Positions 37,366 to 46,401 of a stretch of DNA of 64,000 bases are shown in pieces (position 1 is the stretch's first letter; every line of letters starts with the position of its first letter). Made by a program: the position numbers and the translations under genes. The notes beneath the pieces are model-generated. The model worked only from the letters and a program-made list of their open reading frames with translations, did no database searches and was not told the origin of the DNA. Source of the stretch: an uncultured Treponema sp. (GTDB taxonomy: Bacteria; Spirochaetota; Spirochaetia; Treponematales; Treponemataceae); contig CAMNPJ010000001.1 of NCBI GenBank assembly GCA_946547845.1, forward strand, positions 18,985 to 82,984, written 5' to 3'.

Positions 37366-39546
37366 CTACAGAATCGACTGTATCATCGTTATGAGCGGGG
37401 ATTCCTTTGCCTGCACGCGGAAGCTCTCCTTGATGGACTCGCGCTCCGCCAGCGCGGCGGCCTTTGTGGCAGGCTCACCGCTTGAATTTGCGGCCGGACG
37501 GGTGTCGGTCACCACATTGCCGTCAGGGCTCTGCGCCTCAGGGCTGTCATCGGGCATCCGCGTAAGCACAATCTCGTCGCCTTCGTTCAGCGTATCGTAG
37601 AAACCGCGCTTCTTGTACGTGCCCTCCGCCATCTCCTCGTTCGTGGAATCAACCGTAAACGTGCCGAGTATATCGTTGCTGTTGTAGTTCACGCCCGGCC
37701 CCGTATCCACAGTCTTGATTTTGCCTTTCTTCACGACATCAAAGACAGCCCCCTTCACCACGCCGTCGCTCTTGCCGAGATCCACCAGCAGCGTATTGGA
37801 TGCGTTGTGCAGCACGGTACCGCGTATCGGCAGCATATCGAGCAGCGCCTGCCTGAAGCGGCGGAGCGACTTTGCGATACGGTCGTTGCCGGTGCGGTAC
37901 ACATGCACGGAGTTCGTCTTTGTGCCCGTGCGGCCGGAATACACGTCCGCGTCAAGCGAGAAGGTGCGCTCCGTCTCGTTCACCGCAAGCACGACAAAGT
38001 AGTCCCTGCCCGCAGTGCGCGCGGCGCGGTACGCCTCACCGTACCCGGCGACGGCGGTCGTCTGCACGTCAACGGACGCGGAAGGAACCCCGTTAAAGAT
38101 ATCCTTGGCGGCGACCGCGATAAGCTCGTCCACATCCGCATGGAGGAGCTGCACGGCGCCCTGCATGAAATAAATGCCTATATTCCACCGCGTCTTGTCC
38201 AGATAGAAGGGATCGACGCCCCATTTATGGGAAAGGTTTGACGACATCAGGCTCTCAAGCGCCTCTATTGTGTCGTCGTTCTTGCGCTCCTGCGCGGACT
38301 TCATCACCTTCGGGCTGTTCTCGTCGCGCTGTACGGAGCTTACTTCCTCGCTGACCGTGTTCTCCTTGATGAATTTCAGCTGCTGGAGGTAGAGCTCATA
38401 GAAGCCGTCGCGCTCCAGCAGGTTCGCGAACGACTGGCGGGCAGCCGCGTTGAACGGATCCACAGAGAGCGCCTTCTGGTACTCATAGCGCTCGCTCGGC
38501 CCGTCAAAATTGCGGTTGTATTCCTTCGCCTTGCTGATATGGTACTGCGCCCACTTCGCGCGTCGGCTGTCCTCAAGGCTTACAGTGCTGTCAACAAGCT
38601 GCTCCAGGGCAAAGCGCATCACCTCGTCCAGCGGATTGATGGAAAGCCCCGTGCCAAAAGATGCGATGGCGTCCTCATTGCGGCCGAGCCGCTTCTGGGA
38701 AAGCCCCTTCAGGTACCATGCGCCCGTCAGGTTGCGGTCGCGCCCTATGCGGAAGTCGCAGAGGTCGATTACCTCCGCAAAACGGTTCTGCGTATAGAGA
38801 ATGGACGCCAGAAGCTCGTAGGCCCGGTCGTAGCTGCTGTTTATCTGGATTGCGCTCCGCGCAAGGCGCTCCGCGTCCTCAAGGTCACCGCGCCGGGAAG
38901 CAAGGTACGAGGCAAGATAGTACACCTCGGCATCGCCGTTGTGGTAGGCAATTGCCTGGTTCACATAGCGCTCTGCCACGTCGTCCTTGCCGGCCTCCGC
39001 GCTCACCAGCGCAAGGCTCAGAAGCGCCTTGCGGTTCTTTTTGTCGCGTTTGAGCGCGTCAAGGTACAGGTTCTCCGCGGAAGAGAGGCTCCCGTTGTAC
39101 AGATTCAGCTCCGCAAGTCCGAAGCGCGCGTCGATGTCGTTCGGATAACGGGCGAGCACCTCGTTGAACACCTGCTTCGCCTCGTCAAGCCTGCCGAGCG
39201 AGATAAGCGCCATGCCCTTCAGGTTCTTGATGTCGCTCAGGTCGCGGGAATACTTTGCGGCATTGTCGGCATATTCGACGCAGAGGTCGTATTCGCCCAG
39301 GTTGTACGTGCAGACGGCGAGGTTATACCATGCATCCCCGTACTGGGGGTTCACCAGCAGCGCCTCGCGGTAGGACTCCACCGCCCCGTAAAAATCGCCG
39401 TCCTGCTGCAGCGAAAACGCCTTCTGGTACAAAGAGAGCGCACCTGCCCCCTGACGGCTGCCCTGTGCCTGCGGCATACAGCACAAAGCGCAGGCAAGCA
39501 GCGCCGCGCAGGCACATTTTCTATACAATCCCAAATGGCTTCTCAT
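37366..39546 (-). CDS. exported tetratricopeptide-repeat protein
   Basis: Signal peptide, then about 8 TPR units (e.g. GDFYGAVESYREALLVNPQYGDAWYNLAVCTY) and a ~400-aa C-terminal region of unknown function. Confidence 0.7.
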   Translation of the reverse strand: MRSHLGLYRKCACAALLACALCCMPQAQGSRQGAGALSLYQKAFSLQQDGDFYGAVESYREALLVNPQYGDAWYNLAVCTYNLGEYDLCVEYADNAAKYSRDLSDIKNLKGMALISLGRLDEAKQVFNEVLARYPNDIDARFGLAELNLYNGSLSSAENLYLDALKRDKKNRKALLSLALVSAEAGKDDVAERYVNQAIAYHNGDAEVYYLASYLASRRGDLEDAERLARSAIQINSSYDRAYELLASILYTQNRFAEVIDLCDFRIGRDRNLTGAWYLKGLSQKRLGRNEDAIASFGTGLSINPLDEVMRFALEQLVDSTVSLEDSRRAKWAQYHISKAKEYNRNFDGPSERYEYQKALSVDPFNAAARQSFANLLERDGFYELYLQQLKFIKENTVSEEVSSVQRDENSPKVMKSAQERKNDDTIEALESLMSSNLSHKWGVDPFYLDKTRWNIGIYFMQGAVQLLHADVDELIAVAAKDIFNGVPSASVDVQTTAVAGYGEAYRAARTAGRDYFVVLAVNETERTFSLDADVYSGRTGTKTNSVHVYRTGNDRIAKSLRRFRQALLDMLPIRGTVLHNASNTLLVDLGKSDGVVKGAVFDVVKKGKIKTVDTGPGVNYNSNDILGTFTVDSTNEEMAEGTYKKRGFYDTLNEGDEIVLTRMPDDSPEAQSPDGNVVTDTRPAANSSGEPATKAAALAERESIKESFRVQAKESPLITMIQSIL

Positions 39547-39627
39547 GAGCCCCTCCCAACAAATATGACCATGACACGCAAGGCAGAGCCCCGCGCTCCC
39601 AAAGAGCGACTATCCCAAGCGAATATC

Positions 39628-40446
39628 TCAGGGCTTTCCCCCTTCATCATCGGCATTTTTTCCCTTCCGGCATATAACTTTGATAAGATTCACCTTGTGA
39701 CCTTCCATCTCCTGCACGATAAAATCATACTGGTTCCACGAGACCTTCTCGAATTTCACCGGAATCTTGCCAAAGAGATCAAAGACGAATCCCCCCAGCG
39801 TATCGAATTCCTCCGTGGGGAAGTTTGAATGCACGGTCTCGTTCAGGTCATCGAGCCCCACGCGGGCGTCGCAGAGCCACACGTTGTCGCCCAGCGGCAG
39901 GATGTCCGCCCGCTCATTGTCGAATTCATCCTGTATGTCGCCGACTATCTCTTCTATTATATCTTCCATACAGACGATGCCGCTGATGCCGCCGTACTCG
40001 TCGATTGCGATGGCTATATGCAGGTGCCTGCGCTTGAATTCCCGCAGCAGGCTGTCTATGCGCTTGCTCTCCGGCACAAAATAGGCCTTCCTGATGATTT
40101 TCTCAAGGTCAATCTGGTCGTGGCGGGCAAAAGCCGCTATCAGATCCTTTACGTAGAGCACGCCGACCACATTGTCGATGGATGTCGTATAGACCGGAAA
40201 GCGGGAGTGCCCGCTCGACGTTATCTTCTGCAGCAGCTCTTCCTGCGGGGTCTCCAGCGCGATAAAATGGACGTCTATGCGGGGAACCATCACCTCCTTT
40301 ACGGAAGTCCGGGACAAATCCTCTATCCCCTTTATCATGTCGTTCTTCTCTTCGCTCAACAGCTCCTGCTGTGCCTCCTCCGAGGCGGAGGCGGCATCCG
40401 TGCGGGCGCCAGCCTTTGTCTTTTTCCCGAAACCGAACAAGCCCAT
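39628..40446 (-). CDS. CBS-pair/CorC_HlyC domain protein (CorC/TlyC family)
   Basis: CBS pair followed by the transporter-associated CorC_HlyC domain. ATG 40446 (MGLFGFGKK). Last gene of the phoH-pgpH-ybeY-corC block. Confidence 0.75.
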   Translation of the reverse strand: MGLFGFGKKTKAGARTDAASASEEAQQELLSEEKNDMIKGIEDLSRTSVKEVMVPRIDVHFIALETPQEELLQKITSSGHSRFPVYTTSIDNVVGVLYVKDLIAAFARHDQIDLEKIIRKAYFVPESKRIDSLLREFKRRHLHIAIAIDEYGGISGIVCMEDIIEEIVGDIQDEFDNERADILPLGDNVWLCDARVGLDDLNETVHSNFPTEEFDTLGGFVFDLFGKIPVKFEKVSWNQYDFIVQEMEGHKVNLIKVICRKGKNADDEGGKP

Positions 40447-40456
40447 ATATATCCTC

Positions 40457-40966
40457 TCAGCCCTCGTCTGTGTCTTTTCCGGAATTCCCCATGACGGACT
40501 CCGCGGAAAGCTCCTGCAGCAGCCGCTTCTGGAGCCGCAGCATCTCGCAGGCAGGCTCCACGCCTTCCTGGACATGCTCTTCACCGTGATCATAGCCGTT
40601 CAGGTGCAGCATACCGTGCACGAGCAGGCGCTTCAGCTCCTCGTCGGCATCCACCGCAAAGTAGCGCGCGTTCTTGGGCAGGGTCTCAAGGCTCAGCGCG
40701 ATGTCCCCGGCCACAGTCCACGATTTGCCGTCCTCGTCGGTATAGGAGCTGCCGTCCTCAAAGCTTAAAACATCCGTGGCCTCGTCTATGTTACGGTATT
40801 CCCTGTTTAAATTCTGAATCAGCGCGTCGGAGCAGAGCAGCACCGACAGCTCCTCCCCCGCATAGCCTGCGGCGGCGAGCGCCTTCTGCATAAAGGGCTC
40901 CACGTTGCCCAGCCACGGCGGCTCAGGAAAGCCCTCCTCCACGCTCACCAGCACATTATTTTCCAT
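40457..40966 (-). CDS. ybeY: rRNA maturation endoribonuclease YbeY
   Basis: HGMLHLNGYDH metal-binding motif. ATG 40966 overlaps the upstream stop. Confidence 0.9.
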   Translation of the reverse strand: MENNVLVSVEEGFPEPPWLGNVEPFMQKALAAAGYAGEELSVLLCSDALIQNLNREYRNIDEATDVLSFEDGSSYTDEDGKSWTVAGDIALSLETLPKNARYFAVDADEELKRLLVHGMLHLNGYDHGEEHVQEGVEPACEMLRLQKRLLQELSAESVMGNSGKDTDEG

Positions 40967-42878
40967 TGCCCTTCCCCTTTTTGTGCTCGGCGGCATCGCC
41001 CTTGGGCTCCTTCTCCGCCTTGCCGTCCTTTTCGGCCTTGGCATCTTTCTCTGCTTTCTTAGCGCTGCCCTTCTTTGCGCCGTCATCGGCTTTTGCAGGC
41101 TGCTCCTTCTGTTTACCCGCCGCCGCATTGGCAGCGCCATCCGCCGCCCCGTCGGCAGCAGCCGGCGCCTCTATGCCCCTGGCCTTGTCCAGCGTCCGGT
41201 CGCCGAGCACGGCCTCCTGCGGGCGGACGGCATCGGGATCCTTCTGGTCGGGGTACTCGATGCGCGAATGGTAGTAGCCGGCAAGCATCTGCACAAAGGT
41301 CTGGCGGATAAGGTTCAAGTCCCTGAATGTCAGGTTGCAGTTGTCAAGCTGGTGGTTCTCTATCTTGGCATTGATAAGCGTCTGGATAAATTTGTCAAGG
41401 CGCGGCACGGACGGCTTCTCCAGCGTGCGGCATGCGGCCTCCACCGTATCCGCCAGCATGACGACCGCGCTTTCCCTCGTGGAAGGGGGATTGCCGCTGT
41501 AGGAATAGTCGTCGGGGCTCACGTTGGGGTCGCTCTGCTTTGCCTCGTTGTAAAAATACGCGATGACCTGGTTGCCGTGGTGCTCGCTGATGATATCCAC
41601 CACCTGCGGCGGCATGCGCATCTCCCGCGCCTTCTCCACGCCCTTCTTTACGTGGCTCCTGATGATGCTCACTGACAGCGAGGGGTTGATGTCCTTATGG
41701 ATGTTCTCGCGCCCGGACTGGTTCTCCACAAAGTATTCGGGATTGTCCATCTTGCCGATGTCGTGGAAATAGCCGCCCACGCGCGCCACCAGAGAATTCG
41801 CGCCGATCTCGCGGCAGGCGGCCTCCGCAAGGGACGCCACCATCATGGAATGGTTGTAGGTGCCGCTCGCCGTCACGAGCATCTTCTTCATAATCGGGTT
41901 GTTCAGGTCGCTCAGATCCATCAGGCGGAACACGGACGCGGAATTCAGCACGTACTCAAGCGGCGTCAGGAAGCCGAGGCAGAGGATGCCGGAGAGGAAG
42001 CCGTTGAACGCGACGCCCGCAAGGGAGAGCATCCCCTCCGCGAAGCTATCATTGAATATAATCTTAAAAACAGTAAGAAAAACAGCGCTCAGCACGCCCT
42101 GCAGCAGCGATGCGAACACGATGTCGATCCGGCGCTCGATTTTATGGACGATGCGGGCGGCGGACAAGGATATACAGAGCGTGTACAGGAAGGGCACCAG
42201 CAGGTAGCCGGAGGCATTCAGCACGCCAAAGGCCGCATGGAGCGCAAAACAGAGCGCGTCCAGCTGCCCGAAAAGAATCGCCATCAGGAAGGAGCAGAAC
42301 GCGACGGGCAGGATGACCCCCAGCGCATACGGGGAGGAGAAAAGCACGGTCTTCATGCCCAGCACCGCGACTGCATAGGTGAAGACGAAGAAGAGGTTCT
42401 CCGTAATCATCTCCTTGCCGGACGGCTTTTTGCCCAGGCACGTCCTGCTGAACAGGAAGAAGTAGAGCACGCCCAGCATCATCAGGTACAGGACAGAATC
42501 CGCAAAGGCGCGGTAGTCGATGTACGCGGAGGACTCGGCCATGCGCTTGAGCTTCGCGTAGCCTTCCTCCGTGATGGGAAAGCCCTTCCTGATGACCTTC
42601 TCGCCCTTCTGGACGGAGACAGGGTTGTCGTAGTCCGCAGGCAGAGACTTGTTCGCCTTGATGGTGACGTCCGAAATCTGGCCGACCTCATAATCATCGA
42701 TATTATAAGATGAGATCGTATTCGTGGTCGCAATCCTGAAAAACGCGAGCAGGGAGGCCAGCACGAACATAACCACAAAGGAGATGAGCGGGAGGAAATT
42801 CTCCGCCACATATTTCCCGACCGAGTCAAAAATCGTCCGGGAGCCGTTCTTTCTGTCAGAATTCTTGTCTGTTCTCAT
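40956..42878 (-). CDS. 7TM-HD membrane phosphohydrolase (PgpH/YqfF-like)
   Basis: N-terminal extracytoplasmic domain, 7 TM helices, HD domain with HDIGK. Lys-rich low-complexity tail. Confidence 0.75.
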   Translation of the reverse strand: MRTDKNSDRKNGSRTIFDSVGKYVAENFLPLISFVVMFVLASLLAFFRIATTNTISSYNIDDYEVGQISDVTIKANKSLPADYDNPVSVQKGEKVIRKGFPITEEGYAKLKRMAESSAYIDYRAFADSVLYLMMLGVLYFFLFSRTCLGKKPSGKEMITENLFFVFTYAVAVLGMKTVLFSSPYALGVILPVAFCSFLMAILFGQLDALCFALHAAFGVLNASGYLLVPFLYTLCISLSAARIVHKIERRIDIVFASLLQGVLSAVFLTVFKIIFNDSFAEGMLSLAGVAFNGFLSGILCLGFLTPLEYVLNSASVFRLMDLSDLNNPIMKKMLVTASGTYNHSMMVASLAEAACREIGANSLVARVGGYFHDIGKMDNPEYFVENQSGRENIHKDINPSLSVSIIRSHVKKGVEKAREMRMPPQVVDIISEHHGNQVIAYFYNEAKQSDPNVSPDDYSYSGNPPSTRESAVVMLADTVEAACRTLEKPSVPRLDKFIQTLINAKIENHQLDNCNLTFRDLNLIRQTFVQMLAGYYHSRIEYPDQKDPDAVRPQEAVLGDRTLDKARGIEAPAAADGAADGAANAAAGKQKEQPAKADDGAKKGSAKKAEKDAKAEKDGKAEKEPKGDAAEHKKGKGNGK

Positions 42879-43836
42879 TTTCGTAAGCCTGAATTATTTT
42901 TTGCACAAGGCCGTTGCGGACAACATCCGCCGCGGTCAGCTTCTGTATGGCTATGCCCGGAATCCCCGCAAGGACTTTCATCGCGTGATGCAGCCCGGAA
43001 GGGACATGGCGGGGCAAATCAATCTGCGTAAGGTCGCCGGTCACAAAGACCTTTGTGTTCTCCCCCATCCGCGTAAGGAACATCTTCATCTGGGAGGAGC
43101 TCGTGTTCTGCGCCTCGTCAAGGATGACGACGCTGTCGCTCAGCGTGCGCCCGCGCATATAGGCGAGCGGGGCAACCTCGATGATGCCGCTTTCAACCAT
43201 CTTCCTGACGGTCTCGCGCGGCAGCATGGCGTGCATGGCATCGTAGAGGGGACGGATGTAGGGGTTGATTTTTTCCTCGAGGTCGCCGGGCAGGTAGCCG
43301 AGGTTCTCGCCGGCCTCCACGACGGGGCGGGTAAGGACGATGCCGCTCTTCTGGTGGCTCAGCACGAGCCGGAGCGCCTCCGCCACCGCAAGGAAGGTTT
43401 TGCCGCAGCCGGCAGGCCCTTCGGCAAAAACCATGTCGCAGGAGCGCAGCAGGTGCACAAGCTCCGCCTGCCCCCGCGTGCGCGGGTATACCTTGCGGGT
43501 TCCGCCGGGCACCATGATGCTGCACTGCTCAAAAAGCGCCCGGTTCCCCGCGGAAGACGGACGGAAAGCCGCCGTACCGGAATGCAGTATGGACAGCACG
43601 AGGTCGGTATCTGTGCTCTCCGCGCCACCGTCGGCAAGCTCGTCCAGTATCCTGTCGATGATAAAACGGAAGCGCTGCTCCAGCTCCGGGTTCCCGCCGT
43701 CCACGGACAACTCGTTCCCGCAGGCAAAGACCGGAACCCCAAGAAAGGACTCGATGAGCTTCAAATTACTGTCGTTCGTCCCGCACACGCGCTGCAGCAC
43801 TGTGTTGTCAGGGACGATTATCGTATACGCTGACAC
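42856..43836 (-). CDS. phoH: PhoH-family ATPase
   Basis: Walker A GPAGCGKT, LTRPVVEAGENLGYLPGDLEEK, GDLTQIDL motifs. GTG start. Confidence 0.9.
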   Translation of the reverse strand: MSAYTIIVPDNTVLQRVCGTNDSNLKLIESFLGVPVFACGNELSVDGGNPELEQRFRFIIDRILDELADGGAESTDTDLVLSILHSGTAAFRPSSAGNRALFEQCSIMVPGGTRKVYPRTRGQAELVHLLRSCDMVFAEGPAGCGKTFLAVAEALRLVLSHQKSGIVLTRPVVEAGENLGYLPGDLEEKINPYIRPLYDAMHAMLPRETVRKMVESGIIEVAPLAYMRGRTLSDSVVILDEAQNTSSSQMKMFLTRMGENTKVFVTGDLTQIDLPRHVPSGLHHAMKVLAGIPGIAIQKLTAADVVRNGLVQKIIQAYENENRQEF

Positions 43837-43960
43837 TGCAATTCATTTTAATGCAGGATAATAAATCCGTCAATCGCCCCACACGCGCGCACTGAAATCT
43901 GCCGTGCGCTGTGCCGCAGCAAAGCGCTCCCTGTACCCAGCACCTCACACATGCGGGCAT

Positions 43961-43991
43961 AAAAAAAAGCATCGACCCGAAGGACGATGCT
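43961..43991 (-). terminator. intrinsic terminator after tRNA-Met
   Basis: Minus strand AGCAUCGUCC-UUCG-GGUCGAUGCU followed by eight U. Confidence 0.75.
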
Positions 43992-44000
43992 CTGATTCAA

Positions 44001-44073
44001 TAGTGGCAAGTGGGATCGAACCACTGACATACGGAATATGAGTCCGTTGTTCTACCGACTGGACTATGCCACC
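44001..44073 (-). tRNA. tRNA-Met (anticodon CAT); elongator Met or lysidine-modified Ile2 cannot be told apart
   Basis: Hand-folded cloverleaf: acceptor GGTGGCA/TGCCACT, anticodon arm ACGGA-CTCATAT-TCCGT, T arm AGTGG-TTCGATC-CCACT. No GGG/CCC anticodon stem, so not an initiator. CCA not encoded. Confidence 0.85.
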
Positions 44074-44085
44074 GTGAATGAGCAG

Positions 44086-44115
44086 ATAATAGCACGGAAC
44101 AATCAGCTTTGTCAA
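44086..44115 (-). promoter_or_regulatory. sigma-70-type promoter TTGACA-N18-TATTAT for tRNA-Met
   Basis: Minus strand TTGACAaagctgattgttccgtgcTATTAT, 12 nt before the tRNA 5' end. Confidence 0.55.
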
Positions 44116-44350
44116 TAGCAAAAATGGAAAAAACACGGAAATCAGTTTTGTATTCCGCTCTCAGTCAAACCCGGCTGCCCAAAAACAGGTTTCGGCGTCG
44201 CTTTTCATACGGCAAGGAAAAAGAAATGCTCCGCCAGCGGGAAATAGTGGGAAAACTGCCGGAGCATGGGTGGGAAAATGACAGGGTAGATAGTGTTTCT
44301 GCCCCATCTGCTTTACACAATAACACTAAATATAGTGGAAAGTCAAGTTT

Positions 44351-44362
44351 TTTATGCATAAA
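44351..44362. repeat. perfect 12-bp palindrome TTTATGCATAAA (copy 1)
   Basis: Read directly from the sequence; lies in the AT-rich island upstream of argF. Confidence 0.9.
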
Positions 44363-44417
44363 TTTAAAAAAAACGCAAAAAAATAGCCCCCTGTGCGCCC
44401 GTGCGATTTTTTGCATA

Positions 44418-44429
44418 TTTATGCATAAA
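44418..44429. repeat. perfect 12-bp palindrome TTTATGCATAAA (copy 2)
   Basis: Read directly; 67 bp from copy 1 and ~25 bp upstream of the argF -35. Confidence 0.9.
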
Positions 44430-44453
44430 AAGCGTATTTTTCGCATACAGGTC

Positions 44454-44481
44454 TTGATTTTATTCATATTATAAGTATAAT
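44454..44481 (+). promoter_or_regulatory. sigma-70-type promoter TTGATT-N16-TATAAT upstream of argF
   Basis: Read directly from the sequence. Leaves a ~140-nt GC-rich leader to ATG 44628. Confidence 0.5.
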
Positions 44482-44627
44482 TAAGGAAGCGTGCAGCTCA
44501 TGGGCCACAGTTTCCACGGCCTGCACGCAAAAAAATCATCGCAGCGCGTCTTTTCAGGCGAAGCGGAAGAACGGAGAAGCCCCCGCCGCGCAGGCACCGG
44601 GCTTTGCGGCCGCAGGAGCATAGGACT

Positions 44628-45581
44628 ATGGAAGCAGAGAAATTCGACAGCCCCTTCAAGGGAAGGAGCCTTTTGAACTGGATAGACTGGACGCAGGAAG
44701 AAATCAGCCAGATTCTTGACTGGGCATTCCTTGTCAAAAAACAGGCGCATGCAGGGGAAATCCACCAGCGCTTCCTCGGCAAGACCATCGCGCTCATCTT
44801 CGAGAAGCGCTCCACGCGGACCCGCTCGTCTTTTGAGACGGCCTTCGGCGAGGAGGGCGGGCACCCCGTCTTTATGTCCACGCAGGATATACAGCTGGGC
44901 GGCAAGGAAAGCGTGCGCGACACCGCACGCGTGCTCGGCAGGATGTTCAGCGCGATAGAATTCCGCGGCTACAAGCAGGAGCACGTCGAGCAGCTGGCAA
45001 AATACTCTGGCGTGCCCGTCATCAACGGGCTCACCGACGACTACCACCCCACGCAGGTGCTCGCCGACATCATGACGCTCAAGGAGCAGTTCGGCACGCT
45101 CAAAGGCCTGACGGTCTGCTTCTGCGGGGACGGGCGCAACAACATGGCGCGCTCGCTCATGCTTATCTGCGCAAAATTCGGCATCAATTTCTCGATGTTC
45201 TGCCCCAAGGAGCTTTCCCCGGCAGAGGACATCCTGCGCATCTGCGCGCCCTTCGCGGAAAAAACCGGCGCAAAAATCACTGTTTCCGATCAAAAATCAG
45301 TTGTCAAAAACGCAGATTGCCTTTATACTGATGTATGGGTTTCTATGGGCGAAGAGGCACTCAAGGACGAGCGCGTCAAGCTGCTCAAGCCGTTCCAGGT
45401 AAACAAGGATCTGATGGCTGAGACCGGCAAGCCGTCCACCATATTCCTGCACTGCCTTCCGGCCGTCATGGGTCAGGAGGTAACGGAGGATGTCTTCGAA
45501 AGCGCCGCCAGCAAGGTATGGGACGAGGCCGAAAACCGCAAGCACACAATAAAGGCTATACTGTTAGCCCTTATAAAATAA
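44628..45581 (+). CDS. argF: ornithine carbamoyltransferase
   Basis: STRTR, HPTQ, HCLP motifs. ATG 44628 follows CAGGAG. Confidence 0.85.
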   Translation: MEAEKFDSPFKGRSLLNWIDWTQEEISQILDWAFLVKKQAHAGEIHQRFLGKTIALIFEKRSTRTRSSFETAFGEEGGHPVFMSTQDIQLGGKESVRDTARVLGRMFSAIEFRGYKQEHVEQLAKYSGVPVINGLTDDYHPTQVLADIMTLKEQFGTLKGLTVCFCGDGRNNMARSLMLICAKFGINFSMFCPKELSPAEDILRICAPFAEKTGAKITVSDQKSVVKNADCLYTDVWVSMGEEALKDERVKLLKPFQVNKDLMAETGKPSTIFLHCLPAVMGQEVTEDVFESAASKVWDEAENRKHTIKAILLALIK

Positions 45582-45603
45582 ACCGAACCCAAGGAAGGAC
45601 TGT

Positions 45604-46038
45604 ATGAAAAAACTTTTGCTTGTACTGATGTTGGCAGCTGGTTTTGTGGCATCTGCGCTCGCGCAGGATGCGGCAAAAACACCTGTATGGAATCATGGCG
45701 ACAACGTGTCGGACATCACCTACCGCAATGTCGTCATCTACAGGGTCTACAACCAGCAGGACGCCTACATCGTGCAGTATGCTAAGGAAGGGACTGCCAT
45801 CGGCACGGTCGCAATCCCCAAGAAATGGGCGCTGCAGGGCAAGGATCAGTCCAGGAAGCTCTTCTTCCGCGAGAAGGACAAGGGACTCCCCTCCTACATG
45901 TCCGTGTTCTACAAGAACGGCGAATTCTACAAGGCAATCCTCACGCTGTCCTACAGCCGCAACGACCCCATCTGGGCAGTGGCTCCGAACGGCATGCAGG
46001 TCAATGCCGACATAGACACGCTTGACATCGAGTACTAA
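45604..46038 (+). CDS. small exported hypothetical protein
   Basis: Signal peptide MKKLLLVLMLAAGFVASALAQ; 144 aa; followed by an intrinsic terminator. Confidence 0.6.
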   Translation: MKKLLLVLMLAAGFVASALAQDAAKTPVWNHGDNVSDITYRNVVIYRVYNQQDAYIVQYAKEGTAIGTVAIPKKWALQGKDQSRKLFFREKDKGLPSYMSVFYKNGEFYKAILTLSYSRNDPIWAVAPNGMQVNADIDTLDIEY

Positions 46039-46150
46039 AGAAGCTTCCGCACCGAGGGGACGGTCATATACGCAGCGTGGCAGCCGGTAGCCGCCGCACT
46101 GCACATCCGGCTCCGCAGGATACGGGCAGAACGGGGGGAACACCCCCACA

Positions 46151-46185
46151 AAGGCAGGAATTCTTCATTCCATGCCTTTTTTTTT
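46151..46185 (+). terminator. intrinsic terminator after the 144-aa exported protein gene
   Basis: AAGGCAGGAAU-ucuuc-AUUCCAUGCCUU followed by nine U. Confidence 0.7.
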
Positions 46186-46401
46186 CACATTTGAGGAAGT
46201 CCCAAAAGCCCGGCTGCTCTTGGTTCCCCTCAAAATTCACCTCAAGCACCGCGATGAGACAGCCCTCCCCCCGGAAAGCCTGTGCCTTCCGCCTTGGAAA
46301 AATACATGCCGTATTGCAGGCGAAGCATCAAAGCGGTTCTTGCACGCCTGCCCCAAAACGAGCGACTTTTGGAGCAGGCTTATTTCTCAAAGGAACAGAC
46401 A

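Noticed and set aside
44109-44474. ORFs of 121 aa (+) and 100 aa (-) inside the AT-rich spacer.
   Set aside because: The two ORFs overlap each other on opposite strands in promoter-like AT-rich DNA. They have no RBS, and their composition (Lys/Phe/Ile runs from A/T tracts) is implausible.
44074-44480. AT-rich island next to tRNA-Met, considered as a replication origin (DnaA-box-like TTATGCATA, minus-to-plus gene-strand switch) or as the scar of an integrated element.
   Set aside because: - No dnaA or dnaN nearby.
- Only two box-like sites, and both are halves of a palindrome.
- The plus-strand block lasts just 14 kb.
- No integrase, direct repeat of the tRNA 3' end, or foreign genes flank the tRNA.

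It is better explained by divergent promoters plus operator sites.
44491-44676. Arg-rich upstream ORF (ERRSPRRAGTGLCGRRS) in the argF leader, as a possible arginine attenuator peptide.
   Set aside because: Arg-rich translations are the norm for out-of-frame or non-coding GC-rich sequence here. The ORF has no terminator after it, opens at GTG without an RBS, and runs into argF in another frame.
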